Origin: the human T2T-CHM13v2.0 reference genome, Homo sapiens
DNA: 64,000 nt
Assembly: GCF_009914755.1 (NCBI RefSeq)
Contig: NC_060926.1
Strand: one strand, 5' to 3'
Shown: piece after piece, positions 31,671 through 52,601 of the stretch
Layout: each line of letters starts with the position of its first letter
Position numbering within the stretch: position 1 is the first letter of the stretch
Position numbers and translations under genes: made by a program
Notes under the pieces: model-generated
Databases searched by the model: none
What the model was told of the DNA's origin: nothing
The model's input: only the letters and a program-made list of their open reading frames with translations

Positions 31671-33149
31671 AAAACTCATTTTATGACCATGGAATTGTTG
31701 TATTGATCATTTCCAGTTTTCAGATGATCCTATGCCAAACTTACACATTATTTTGGAAAAACAGAATTCTCTTATGATATGTCGTATAACTATATACAAA
31801 TGTACCTTATGATTGTTCTGCCTTCACATCAATATTTATTGGACTAGACCTGGAAATGGTGGTCTGGGAGAACTAAGAAACAAATATTATTCCACCTGTG
31901 GAACCACGAAGGAGTTTTGAAGAAAAAAAATTACCTTGAGTTCAATTCACTCTTGGTATATCTTGTAAAAAGTGCTTGCGGCTTGAAGCAACCACTTGAA
32001 ATTAAGGTTGCCTGAAACCTCAGAATGAAAGTTTAGTCTAGTCCAGATGAAAGCTAAAGAGCACAGGAAATAGTAAGAGGTCTGGACTACATTGTCTCTC
32101 CTTGGAATTGAAAGTTGGTATCTAAGAAGAAGACACACTTAGGAATCAGTATTGTTACTTTTAGCAAAAGGGACAGTTGCCATGGTCTAGGTCAAAATTA
32201 CCACCATTTAGTCCCTGGAGATTTTCCTCATGGACCTTTGTAATGTTTTATTAAACCAAGTCACCATCTCCTGGTTCTTTGGGATAGGCGCTACGACACC
32301 CAACACAGAGTTCCCTAAATTAAACTTTACCTACATCTGTATTTATGAGTGCATTTTAAACTTTGCAGTATATTTCAGGGAGAGTATATCTCTGAAAATT
32401 ATTACTCCCCTCTAGCTCTATGTCATTTGCCTGGCAAAGAAATCAAAAGGCATAAAAATATCTTGCAATTTGGTGAGAGATTATATAGTCCTTCATGTTC
32501 ACCCCATTTGTAGGTATTAATGTTGAAACAAAATCCTAAAGCAACATGACCAGAGTATTATTGCAGTCATCATGAGCCTTATCATTGATCTCTGCAGTTT
32601 TTTTCTTTTCTCAGATAAATAGAAGCAAGAAAAATAATGGTATATAGAGAATACATATTATTAATATATTGGGTTCTCAAAGTTCCTAAGTCTAAGTGTT
32701 TATAACCTAGAATTAATTTCCCATGGAAATAGTGTAATTAATTATGGTTAGATGCCAAGGCTAGGCCACAAAACCTCATATAATATTAGTAGGTGTGGCA
32801 GGATAAATTGATTGATAAACCATATTTTATTTTCTTGTCTACTGGCTCATAATGGAAAAACGAGAAGTATTTCTTTATCTCTTCTCTCTGGAGGGCGGGT
32901 TAAGCTGTGGTGATTTTCTGATGCCTAAGCCCATGAAGGCAGATGATTCAATGATTTGGAATGGGAAGGACTCCAAGAAAAGGGAAATGGCCTGATGTCA
33001 GGAGAATTTAGGTCTCTTGAACCTGTCTGGAGAGAACCAGACAGGAGTCAGTTTCTATAAATGGTGAGGAGCTGTGTCCACTCCCAAATAGACCAAAATG
33101 GTATAGATGTCCAATGGGGATGTCAGCCAGGATATTTTGTCTCAGAAGT

Positions 33150-38450
<5,301 letters not shown>

Positions 38451-38539
38451 GTAAAATGAACAAAGACAAACTGCTGTGTGGAGTGGCAGATTTATGGATT
38501 TTTGTCGGGGAAGAGGAGGTACCCTTATGGAAATAGTCT

Positions 38540-39290
<751 letters not shown>

Positions 39291-39449
39291 CATGAAATTT
39301 TATGCCATCTTTTCCATAAATAGAATATTACTAGTTTTTCTTATATTAAATGAAGATATACTTATTGAAGATACTTTGCAAAATTTAGAAAAGTATAAAG
39401 TAAAAGAATAATGAAGAGAAAAATCATCTTTTATCACTATCTGCAACCC

Positions 39450-41010
39450 TGTATTATCTATTGCTGCATAATAAGTTACCCTCAAAACTAGGGTGACCAA
39501 AGACGGAAAGTAGATTAGTGAGGGGGGACAAAGGACTGAGTGGTTATAGCAAAAGAGTATGGGATTTCGTTTTAAAGTTCTAAAACTGGATTGTGATGGT
39601 TGCACAAATCTGTGAATGTAGTAAAGCCATTGAAATTTTAATGGGTGAATGTTATGAGACGTGAATTATGTATATCAATACAGCTGTATTTTTAAAAATA
39701 CTAAGGTGACTAACTATCCCAGTTTGCCTAGGATGTCCCTGGTTTCAGTATTGAAAATCCTACATCCCAGTAAACCCCTCAGTTCTGGTAAAAACTAGAT
39801 AGTTGGCCAGGCATGGTGGCTCACGCCTGTAATCCCAGCACTTTGGGAGGCCGAGGTAGGCGGATCACGAGGTCAGGAGTTCAAGACCAGACTGGCCAAC
39901 ATGGTGAAACCCCATCTCTACTAAAAATACAAAAATTAGCTAGGCGTGATGGCAGGCGCCTGTAATCCCAGCTACTCAGGGGGCTGAGGCAGGAGAATTG
40001 CTTGAACACAAGAGGCGGAGGTTGTTGGGAGCCAAGATTGTGCTATTGCACTCTAGCCTGGGCAACAAGAGTGAAATTCCATCTCAAAAAAAAAAAAAAA
40101 AAAAAAAAAAAGCTGGACAGTTGATCACCTTACTCAAAATGTAACAACTTAAAACAGTAAGCATTTGTTATCTCAGTTTCTCTAGATTAGAAATCCAGAA
40201 GGAGCTTAACTGGATGTTTCTGGCTCAAGGTCTCTCATGAAGTTGCAGTCAACACATTAGCTGGGGCTGCAGCCATCTGAAGCTTGACCTGGGCTGGGGA
40301 CCTGCTTCCAAGCTCACTCATGTGATGCTGACAAGAGGCCACAATGTCTTGCTATGTGAGTCTCTCATTGTGTGCCCTCATAATGTGGCAACTGGCTTTC
40401 CCCATAAGCAAGTGATAGAGACAGAGAAAGGAAAGAGAATTTGCCTTATGTAATAATATCTCATAAATGGAAAGGGAGAAAAACTAAGGACTCAGATAGA
40501 TGTTCTAGTGTCTTTTAAAATTTTTGTAAGTTTATTTTATTTATTTATTTTTTGGAGACCGGGTCTTGCTCTGTTACGCAGGCTGGAGGGCAGAGACGAG
40601 AAAAGGGGTCCCAGAACCTCTGGGGCTCAAGCGATCCTCCCACCTCAGCCTCCTGAGTAGCTGAGCTGGAACTAGAGAGGTGTGTGCCAACACTTCTGGC
40701 TTTTTTTTTTTTTTTTTTTTTTGGTAGAGGCAAGGGTCTCACTATGTTGCTCAGAACTCCTGGCCTCAGGCAGTCCTCCTGCCTTGGCCCCCTAAAGTGT
40801 TGGGATTACAGGCATGACCCACCATCCACCATGCCCTGCTCATGTCTTTTAAAACCTAATCTTGCCATCACTCCTGTCATATTTTACTGGTCACACACTT
40901 CACCTCTGGTACAATTTGAACGGGAACTACACAAGGGTCTTCATGCTAATGTGTGAATATAAGGAAACCAGATCATTGAGCATTCCTGGAACCTCACTTC
41001 TACAAACTGT
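39450..41010 (-). mobile_element. MLT1 LTR containing MER94 (39489-40132), an L1 fragment (39500-39700), an Alu (39805-40111) and an AluJ (40530-40840)
   Basis: TATTGCTGCATAA...AAAAC start; TIRs TAGGGTGACCA/TGATCACCTTA; TSDs visible. Confidence 0.75.
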
Positions 41011-41018
41011 AATCCTAA

Positions 41019-41322
<304 letters not shown>

Positions 41323-42479
41323 CCATTTTACTGATTTTTAAATTAAAACATCCTCATTATAGAATGCATGGACAATTCAAGAGTATAATAGAGACGCATG
41401 TTACAATGAACACCTTTGAACATAAATTTTACTCCTATCTCTGATTAGATTTCTAGTTGTGCAATTATTAGGGCACATGGCTTACACATCTTGAGACTTG
41501 TTCCATATTGCCAAAATGCTTTTCTGATACTTGCAGTGTATCAGATGCCCATTTTGCCATACCCTTGCTAGCCTCCAGTATTATTTTTAGTAACTCTGCC
41601 AATTTCTAGGTGAAAAACTGTACCCCCTTGTTTTAGAGTGCTTTTTAATAGGAAAGTGGAACATTTTCTCATAGGTTTAGTGGACACCACTAATAAATAA
41701 GCATTTAACAGATTGTAAATCCTTTCCATATATATATATATATATGTATATACGTATTTATTTAACATTTATTGAGTGCCTATTGTAAGAACAGGAAGTA
41801 TCCCTGCTGCCAAAATACTCACAGTCAAGTGAGTGAGACTGACCAAAAAAAAAAAAAAAAGTTCAATATATTCTAATCTGAGGAAACATTTAAAAAGCAA
41901 AGTAAAGAAACAGTTTGGTTGCTAATTGAGACTTTAAGTACTTTTCCTGCACTGGAACATCAAGTAGAGAGGTGGGGAATGATGGAGTATTAAGAGAATA
42001 AGACTAGCTAAGTGAGATCAGATCTCATTGGCCTGTCCAGCTCTGTTAAGAAACTTAGGTCTAATCCCTGAAGGCAATGGGAAAGCAAGGAAGAGTTTTA
42101 AACACCCACAAGTGAAATGATCAGATTTGTGCTTTTGAAATCTCCTTCTGCTGAACTGTGGAGGAAAAGCGGAAGAGTGGTACTAATGGAAATAGGACAG
42201 CCAGATAGGAAACTGAAGCTGTAGTTCAGGAAAGAGACAAGGATGGCCTGACCTAGTGGAACAGAGAGAAGGATGTTGAGAAATGTTTTAGGTTTAAATG
42301 GCAGCCCTCATCCCAGCCTAAGCCTCTGGAAAAATAAAGCAATAAAACAAATGATTGGAAGACAGGCTCTAAAACATTTATTGCTGAAAAAAAAGCTAAG
42401 GTATAGGTCTTAGCTTAGTGTGAGAGCCAAATGAGATGCTAAATAAACCCCTTGATTAGGGTATGTGCCTCTGATGTGA

Positions 42480-43012
42480 ATGTTGTGGTGTGCCACCTAG
42501 ATTTGTTTTCCCAAATATACAATTTATTCCCCCTGCTAGGAGTGCTGCTTGCAGACACGTCCATCAACTAGTAGTCATCTTTAGGGATGGCCTTGTCTAA
42601 AGAGAGCCACTAGCCCAAAGTCATGCTCCCTGCCTGAGGTGGTCCATGTGTAATGACTGATCCAAGTAGAAAATGTAAAGTCTTGATCCCAATTTGAGAC
42701 AATTTCGAAAGGCCATCCCAGCTTTGGTGCTCCCCAAAGTCCAGCTGAGGTCTGCATTGAGACTGAATCTCAGCTCAACTTCTCCCTTTGCCCAATCTTG
42801 CTCCCTTCCCTTCTTTTCCTGTTTCTACCCTTTCCGTTCTACCCTTCTCTTCTCATTCTTTCCCCTTCCTTCTCCTTTCCTTTCCTTAGGATCCACAAGG
42901 AAACACCTGTCCCTTGGGAAAAAGCGTCGATCCCAAGAGCATTCCCCAATAAAACCTCCTACACACTAATTTCCGTTTCAGAATCTACTTCCCAGGGAAT
43001 CCAACCTGTGAT
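42480..43012 (+). mobile_element. LTR16-like ERVL LTR
   Basis: CCCAATAAAACCTCCT...TCAGAATCTACTTCCCAGGGAATCCAACCTG 3' end. Confidence 0.7.
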
Positions 43013-43739
43013 GCCCCTTGAGAAAAACTATACCTGGAGGATTAGAATGTGTGTCCCCTGTGGCCAGCAGCCACGAGGAGGAAGGGTGGCAGAAACTAGC
43101 ATGCCCAGTTTGTCCTTTCCAAATTTACAAATCATAGGTCATTCCACCTTCCCTGAGATAGAATGGTTAAGTATGTGGACATATGCCAGGATTTACACCA
43201 CCTGTGTTTCTTCAATAAAGTGGGAAACATTGAGATAATATCCAGTGATATTAAGGAGCTAGATTCACTAGGAATAAATGTATTAGATATAGTTGAGGAA
43301 AAATAGCGCCAGTCAAGAATTACCGATGGGTCTTAGGTAACTGAGTAGGTGGTAGTGTCGTTTACCGAGATTAAAAAAACAAGCCTGGAGGGATCTATGA
43401 GTTTCATTTGAAATGCCTTTGGGATGTCAAAGCAACTTGTTCACTAGGCAATTAAAGATATAAATCTGGAGTCCAGGAACATGACCTAGAGAACTGATAT
43501 GAATGTATATACATACCTATCAGCATACACCCAGTAATGACTGGTATCCCGCAAGGCCGACAGATATAACTTAGGGAACAGAAGTCAGTTAAAAAAAAAA
43601 AAAAGACCAACAGACTCTAATTAGTATTTTCAGAGATTTGAGGGGTATTACCTAACTAAAACAAGACAAAAGATGCTATGAAAAGAATTATCAGAAATAC
43701 AAGGAAATCTTGGGAATGAGAATATGATTGGCAAAGTTA

Positions 43740-44181
<442 letters not shown>

Positions 44182-45098
44182 TCAACTAATAGTATCTTTA
44201 ATATAGATCCTTTTCTGGTTCCTTTTTTGTTCATTAATTCTTGGATGAGTTTCTGAGCAGTTTTTAGTAAGAAGTGTGTAGGAAGAGAGGCCAGGGGTTT
44301 TGTGTTAGGCTGAAGGAAAGGACCCAGCAGAGGGAAGAAATGAATGGCGAGGTAAAGAAGGGAATAACGGATGGAGGACCCTTCCTGAGAAGACTAAAGG
44401 GGGGTGTATCCAAAACTTGGGTGCAGGCACTCACCTTAAATGGGAGGACACCCTTTCTTTGTGCAGGATGGAAAAAAATACGTGCAGATGCAGAGAACCT
44501 TCTAGGTGGCATGATTGGAAATGGAGTTTTCCAATGGCTTCTATTTTGTCTATGAAGTACGGACACTGTCTATAGTGGGTGAATGTGATCGTTGGGGTGG
44601 CATATGAGCATGGAACTTTAGGGAGTATGAAGATTTTTAAAAATAGCCTAAATGAAGGGTGAAAGGGGGGAGAAAAGCTGCTTAGGGAAATAAGAAATGA
44701 TTGCCTGACTACTCTGAGGGCCCAGGTGAGCTGGAGGCACGTAGCAGTGAATGGTTGAGAGTAGATTTTGATAATCAGAGCCAAAGTGAGGACTCACTAC
44801 AATAGAGGAGACAAACTAGTTTCAGAAAGAAAAGGCATCTAGGCTCTTTTCAGAAGAGGCTTGTATAAGTGAAAAATAGAAAAACATCCTTCTATGAGTC
44901 ATCATTCTCATTTTCATCAGCTCCCTGGGCCTGCTTATTTTCCTTTGATGTTTACAAAGGGACATGTGATTACATAAGGGAAGGGTAAAGGGTATAATAA
45001 ACCAGGGTTGTAAGAGAAGGACCAACAGAAGGAAGAGACTTGAAACCCAGCTGGGAGCAGACAGGGGAAAGGGCTTCCTTGAATTGTCTTCATGGTTT

Positions 45099-45658
45099 TG
45101 TGAGAGGTGTGTGAACCAGAGCAACTCCATCTTGAATAGGAGCTGGGTAAAATGAGGCTGAGACCTACTGGGCTGCATTCCCAGACGGTTAAGGCATTCT
45201 AAGTCACAGGATAAGACAGAAGGTCGGCACAAGATACAGGTCATAAAGACCTTTCTGATAAAACAGTTGCAGTAAAGAAGCCGGCTAAAACTCACCAAAA
45301 CCAAAATGGCGTCAAGAGTGACCTCTGGTTGTCCTTACTACTACACTCCCACTAGCGTCATGACAGTTTACAAATGCCATGGCAATGTCTGGAAGTTACC
45401 TTGTATGGTCTAAAAAGGGGAGGCATGAATAATTCATCCCTTGTTTAGCATAATACGCCCCTTGTTTAGCATATCATAAAAATGGGCAACCAGCGGCCCT
45501 CAGGGCTGCTCTGTCCATGGAGTAGCCATTCTTTTATTCCTCTACTTTCTTAATAAATTTGCTTTTGCTCTGCACTGTGGACTTGCCCTGAATTCTCTCT
45601 TGCGCAAGATCCAAGAACCCTCTCTTGGGGTCTGGATCAGGACCGCTTTCCTGTAACA
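45099..45658 (+). mobile_element. MER41A solo LTR (ERV1)
   Basis: TGTGAGAGG..GAACCAGAGCAACTCCATCTTGAATAGG start; GGGGTCTGGATC..TTTCCTGTAACA end. Confidence 0.92.
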
Positions 45659-47366
45659 GTCCCCAGGCACAGAAACTCTGAGGGAATCAGACACTTAGTT
45701 GTCTTTATTGCTCCCTCTTCAGTATATAGAACAGAGCCTGGCACACCTAGGTGCAAAATAAATATTTCTTGCATGAAAGAAGTCCACAGTGCAGTCACTG
45801 GCTTTTTTAGATGGTTAGCTCACTAGAATTTCATTTTTTTTTTCTCCTCCTCCTTTACAAAAAGTTTTCAGACAGACTTTGGGCCTGCTGGGGCATTTTC
45901 AAAAGACAAATAGTCCTGCTGCTGCTCCAGAGGACCCACCGCCCACCTCCCAGTCAGAACTATGTCTCTCTGTTCTTGTTGGAAAGGGGGACACAGCTTG
46001 CTTTGCAAGAAACTTGCATAGGAAATGGTGCAATCTGGGCTGTTTTTCATCTTCTTTCAACCTAATTTCCTAAGTTAAAAGAAAGAGAAATTTAAGGAAT
46101 CTTAGGAATATGAAACTTCTCTGGAATGATCTTTACTGAGCTGTGTTTGGAATCAGCTGAAATCCTGAAGGACTGTCAAGCCAGCCAAGAATAAAAGAAA
46201 ATAAAAAATAACTTAAACAATCCTAGCCAAAATCTGAAAATGATATCTAGAGCAGCTGCTATTTTTTTCTTTCCCAGAATGGTTTGCCTTTCCCCCAGTT
46301 TGTAATTGTTATAGGATTGTTTTAGGTTATTTTGGAGTAGAAAAGAAGAAAGAAGGAAGGAATCGAGTGTTTTGGAAGTAGTATGATGCGGTTAGTTCTA
46401 CCTTTTAAGCTTTATAATTTACACAGCTGTTGTACACATGTGAACTCCCTCTCATTAGGATGCTGCTGACTGGTACAGGAAGTTTTTATTCATGGCATTC
46501 TCCTTAGGAGTTTGTTTATGGCATTTAGGTCCTCTCCTGCCTTCCCTCCCCACCCCCACCCCAAATCAATCTATATTTGTAATTTATGGATGATCTCTCC
46601 AGGGCTTAATCTGTGGGGTAAAAGGCTGTCTTATCTGCTCTACATTTACTGAAAAAGGGTGCAAGAAAAACCGTATCTAGCTGGCCAGATGGGTAGGGAA
46701 CACTTCGTTGCACTAAAAATTTTCCAGCAATGGTATCCCCAGCTTGCCCTTTTGCCCGAATAGTGCACAAAGTCAGCAAGCATTTCCCCTGAAGTGTCCA
46801 CCTCCACACGGCCAAGACTGGCTTGGCTGGTTACCAGAGGCACTGAGAAGATTGAGGAGGCAGCTTATAGAATACTTTGCTTGCATCCTCGTTCTCATCC
46901 CATTGTGAGGTAACTGCCCCACAACTGAGCTAGATAAGAGAAAGGAACTGAAACTGATTTGCCCAAGGTCAGTCTGGGTGGATATTGAGCCTAGAATAAA
47001 GCACAGAATAGCTGCACCTGGGGCTGGCCCAGGGCATGCTCAGATGAATCACTGGCTTCACCAGAAATGCAGCTAGTCTGGAATGCAGTGCAGGGGCCCA
47101 GATGCCTGACACTGAACAGTAACTTAGAAAGGGGAAGGTCTTTTCCTACACATAGTGAAGCTTCAAGGAATCTTTAAGAAAATCACATAAGAAAGATGAA
47201 TAAAAACTTTTTCTTCCTCCTACTCCTTCAACCCCTATTTCAGGTTCTTCCTTAGAGCAAACACTGATTTCAAGTTGGAGTGTGTCTTTTCATCTTTTTA
47301 GTTATTTATATATCTTTATTGATCTATCTGTGTACATACATCTGCATCTACATATGTGTGTATATG

Positions 47367-47413
<47 letters not shown>

Positions 47414-47430
47414 GTATCTATCTATCTATC
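47367..47430. repeat. Compound tetranucleotide STR (TATC)11 TATG (TATC)4
   Basis: Counted directly. Confidence 0.95.
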
Positions 47431-47499
47431 TATATCTATACACAGACAGAGAGAGAGCCAGTGAGGGAATTTTGCTTTGTTTTGTTTTGACTGAAATGG

Positions 47500-48290
47500 T
47501 ATCACACAGTGGATTGTTCTTCAACTTTGCTTTTTTTTTTTTTTTTAAGTTTAGCCATATCTCTCAGAGATTTTTCTGTGTCAGTACATTTTAGTTTTTT
47601 TCAACTGCTGCATGCTCTCACATAAGTCAGATGCATCACTAAGTGTCAGTCTTTCGATGATCATTTAGGTTGCTATGCTATCAGTTTTTACCACTATAAA
47701 TAGTACTATAGTGAAACAACCTTGTACCTGCTTCCTTTTTGCACATATGCAAGTATCTCTCTACAGTGGATACCAAGGTGTGAGATTGCTGGGTCAAATG
47801 ATAGGCGCATCCAAAGTGTGAAGGATTGCTGCCAATGTGTACTCCAAAAAGATTGGCCAGTTTATATTCCCAGGAATACGGTAAGAGAATGTCTGTTTTT
47901 CCAGATGCTTCCCAACACATCAGTCTTTCTTATTTATTGTCAATCCAATGTATAAAAAATAGCATCCTCTTCTTTTTGTTTCCCCCCAAAACCAGTAAGA
48001 CTGAGCATCTTTTCAGATGCTCGTTTGCCATTCATGTTCCTTCTTTGTGAATTGCTTATTTATGTTCTTTGCCCATTTTTCAATTTTGTCTTTTTTCTGG
48101 GGACATATAAAGGCAAGTCCTTTGCTACATACATTACAATACTTTCACCCAGTCTCTCCTTTGGATTTGAATCTCATTTTGTTGAACAGATGTAAAGTTT
48201 TGATATAGTAAAATTTATTAATCCTCTTCTTTATGACTTTGGTATTTTTTGTATTGTTTCAGGAGGCCTTTTCTACCCATGGTCATAAAC
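47500..48290 (-). mobile_element. L1ME 3' region
   Basis: GAGATTGCTGGGTCAAATG and GAGCATCTTTTCA antisense L1 motifs. Confidence 0.75.
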
Positions 48291-49267
48291 ATGGTCTCAC
48301 TGCAATTCTGGGAAATACAAAATTTTTAAATGAAGTATTTTTATGGTGGTCCAACCCCCCATCATCTGTTTGTCTGAATTACTGCAATAGCCTCTTAACT
48401 AGTCTCCCTGCTTCCTTCATCGCTTCCTTATAGTCTGTTCTCAACACAACAGCCAGGGTGATTCTTACAAAACAGTCAAATCATGCCATTTCTCTGAATC
48501 AAATCCTCCAATAGCTTTTCATGTCACTTCAAGCCAAAGTTATGACAACGGTGCCACATGCATCCTCTGCACACCATGACCTTTTTCACCTCATTACCTA
48601 CTACTCTTTTCCAGTTCTTGACACATACTAAGTTCTCAATAAATATTGGTAGAATTCATAAATAAATTTTATCCCCATTCATTTCGGGGAAAAAGTATTG
48701 AAAATGTTGGCATTGATATGGGGAAGCTCCCATACACTGCTGGTAGCAGTGTAAATTTGTACAAACCTTTACAATTTATAAATACTTGAGGATGAGCAGA
48801 TCCTTCCCCTAGGCAATGCTCCTTCTAAGTATACACTCTAGAGAGGTTATTTTATGTGTGCATAAAGAGACTGTAGGAAAATACTTATTATAGCCTTGCT
48901 TTTAATGGTAGATGGGAGGAAGGAAACAAAGAATGAATGAATGAAGAAATGGTCAGAGGACAATTTATCCTAATAAAATATATACAAAATTTACTAACTC
49001 ATGAATGAATGTTTACTTTTGTAGAATGTCTTTTTTAAAAAATTCCATAGAGGGTTTTTTTTGTGTGTTTTTCTGTATGTAGGCAATATTATGAACAAAT
49101 ATATAGATATTTTCTGATGTCAAAACATTCTTATATTCTTGGGGTAAATTCTATTTGGTTATGAGGTATTTTTATTTTTTAAAATACATTCTTGAATTTA
49201 ATTGACTAGGATTTTATTTAGAATTTATCTTTTCCTAAGGTTTCTAATTAGAGATATAGGGTCTTTT

Positions 49268-49712
49268 ATTTTTTTCTTTCTTTCTTTCTTTCTTTTTTTT
49301 TTTTTTTAAGTGAAAGCAGTTTGTTAAGAAAGTAAGGAATAAAAGGATGGCTACTCCAGCCGGGCGTGGTGGCTCACACCTGTAATCCCAACACTTCCCA
49401 ACACTTTGGGAGGCCGAAGCAGGCGGATCACGAGGTCAGGAGATCGAGACCATCCTGGCCAACATTGTGAAACTCTGTCTCTACTAAAAATGCAAAAATT
49501 AGCTGGGTGTGGTGGCACATGCCTGTAATCCCAGCTACTCGGGAGGCTGAGGCAGAAGAATCACTTGAACCAGGGAGTCACAGGTTGCAGTGAGCCGAGA
49601 TCACACCACTGCACTCCAGCCTGGTGACAGAGTGAGACTGCGTCTCAAAAAAATAAAAATAAAAATAAAAAATAAAATAAAATGGAATGGTTACTCCATA
49701 GACAGAGCAGCC
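49268..49712 (-). mobile_element. Polyadenylated MER41-type LTR fragment with nested Alu (49359-49683, +)
   Basis: Reverse complement of GGCTGCTCTGTCTATGGAG..GCTTTCACTT plus poly(A); TSD TATAGGRTCTTTT. Confidence 0.8.
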
Positions 49713-49901
49713 TATAGGATCTTTTCAATTCAGTTTATAAGTGAGTTTGGTATGTAATATTTTTACTGCCATTTGTTTTGGGTGTTAGGGCTACCCTAGA
49801 ATCATAGAGTGAATTGGATAGTACCTCCTTTCTTTCCAATTTTACAAAGTAGTTCCTGTATGATAGCTACTATTTCTTAATTGAAAGCTTGATAAAACTC
49901 A

Positions 49902-51070
<1,169 letters not shown>

Positions 51071-51197
51071 GTTGTATTTATAAATTTTACTTGAATTGTT
51101 TATATTACCTTTTCTTTCCTAATATTTTTGTGCCTTCTCTTGTCTTTTTGATCAGCCTTAATAGAAGTGTGTCAATTTAATTAGTTTTTTCAAAGTA

Positions 51198-51520
51198 CAG
51201 TGGTCCCTTGGTATTTGTGGGGGATTGGTTCCAGGACACACTTGCATACCAAAATCCAAGGATGCTCAAGTCCTTGATGTAAAATGCCATACTATTTGCA
51301 TATAGCCTGCACAATTCTCCTGTATGCTTCAAATTTTCTCTAGGTTACATAAAATACCTAATATGATATAAATGCTATGTAAATAGTTGTTATGCTATAT
51401 TGTTTTTATTTGCATATTTATTGTTGTATTGTTATTTTTTATTTTTCAGAATATTTTCTGTCTACAATTGGTTGAATCTGTGGATGTGGAAACTGCAGAT
51501 ACAGATGGAGAGCCGACTAT
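51198..51520. mobile_element. MER2 (TcMar-Tigger MITE)
   Basis: TACAGTGGTCCCTTGGTATTTGTGGGGGATTGGTTCCAGGAC ... GCCGACTATA. Confidence 0.85.
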
Positions 51521-51549
51521 ACTAGCTTTTTGTTTCATTTTTCACTTCT

Positions 51550-51550
<1 letters not shown>

Positions 51551-51594
<44 letters not shown>
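51551..51594. repeat. (GT)22 microsatellite
   Basis: Counted directly. Confidence 0.95.
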
Positions 51595-51596
<2 letters not shown>

Positions 51597-51739
51597 CTGT
51601 GTGTGTGTTTTATTAATCTCTGTGCCTGCATGTTAGTTTCTTCCTCTTTATTTGGATTTTCACTAACATTCTTTTCAGCTTCTTCAGTTGGATACTTGTT
51701 GCCAATATATTTTTTTTCATTCTAAGAATTAAATAAATG

Positions 51740-52601
<862 letters not shown>

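Noticed and set aside
45099-45658. MER41 as an interferon-inducible STAT1 enhancer
   Set aside because: The tandem GAS segment of MER41B is absent from this copy.
47280-47594. YLSI-repeat ORFs
   Set aside because: Translation of the (TATC)n STR.
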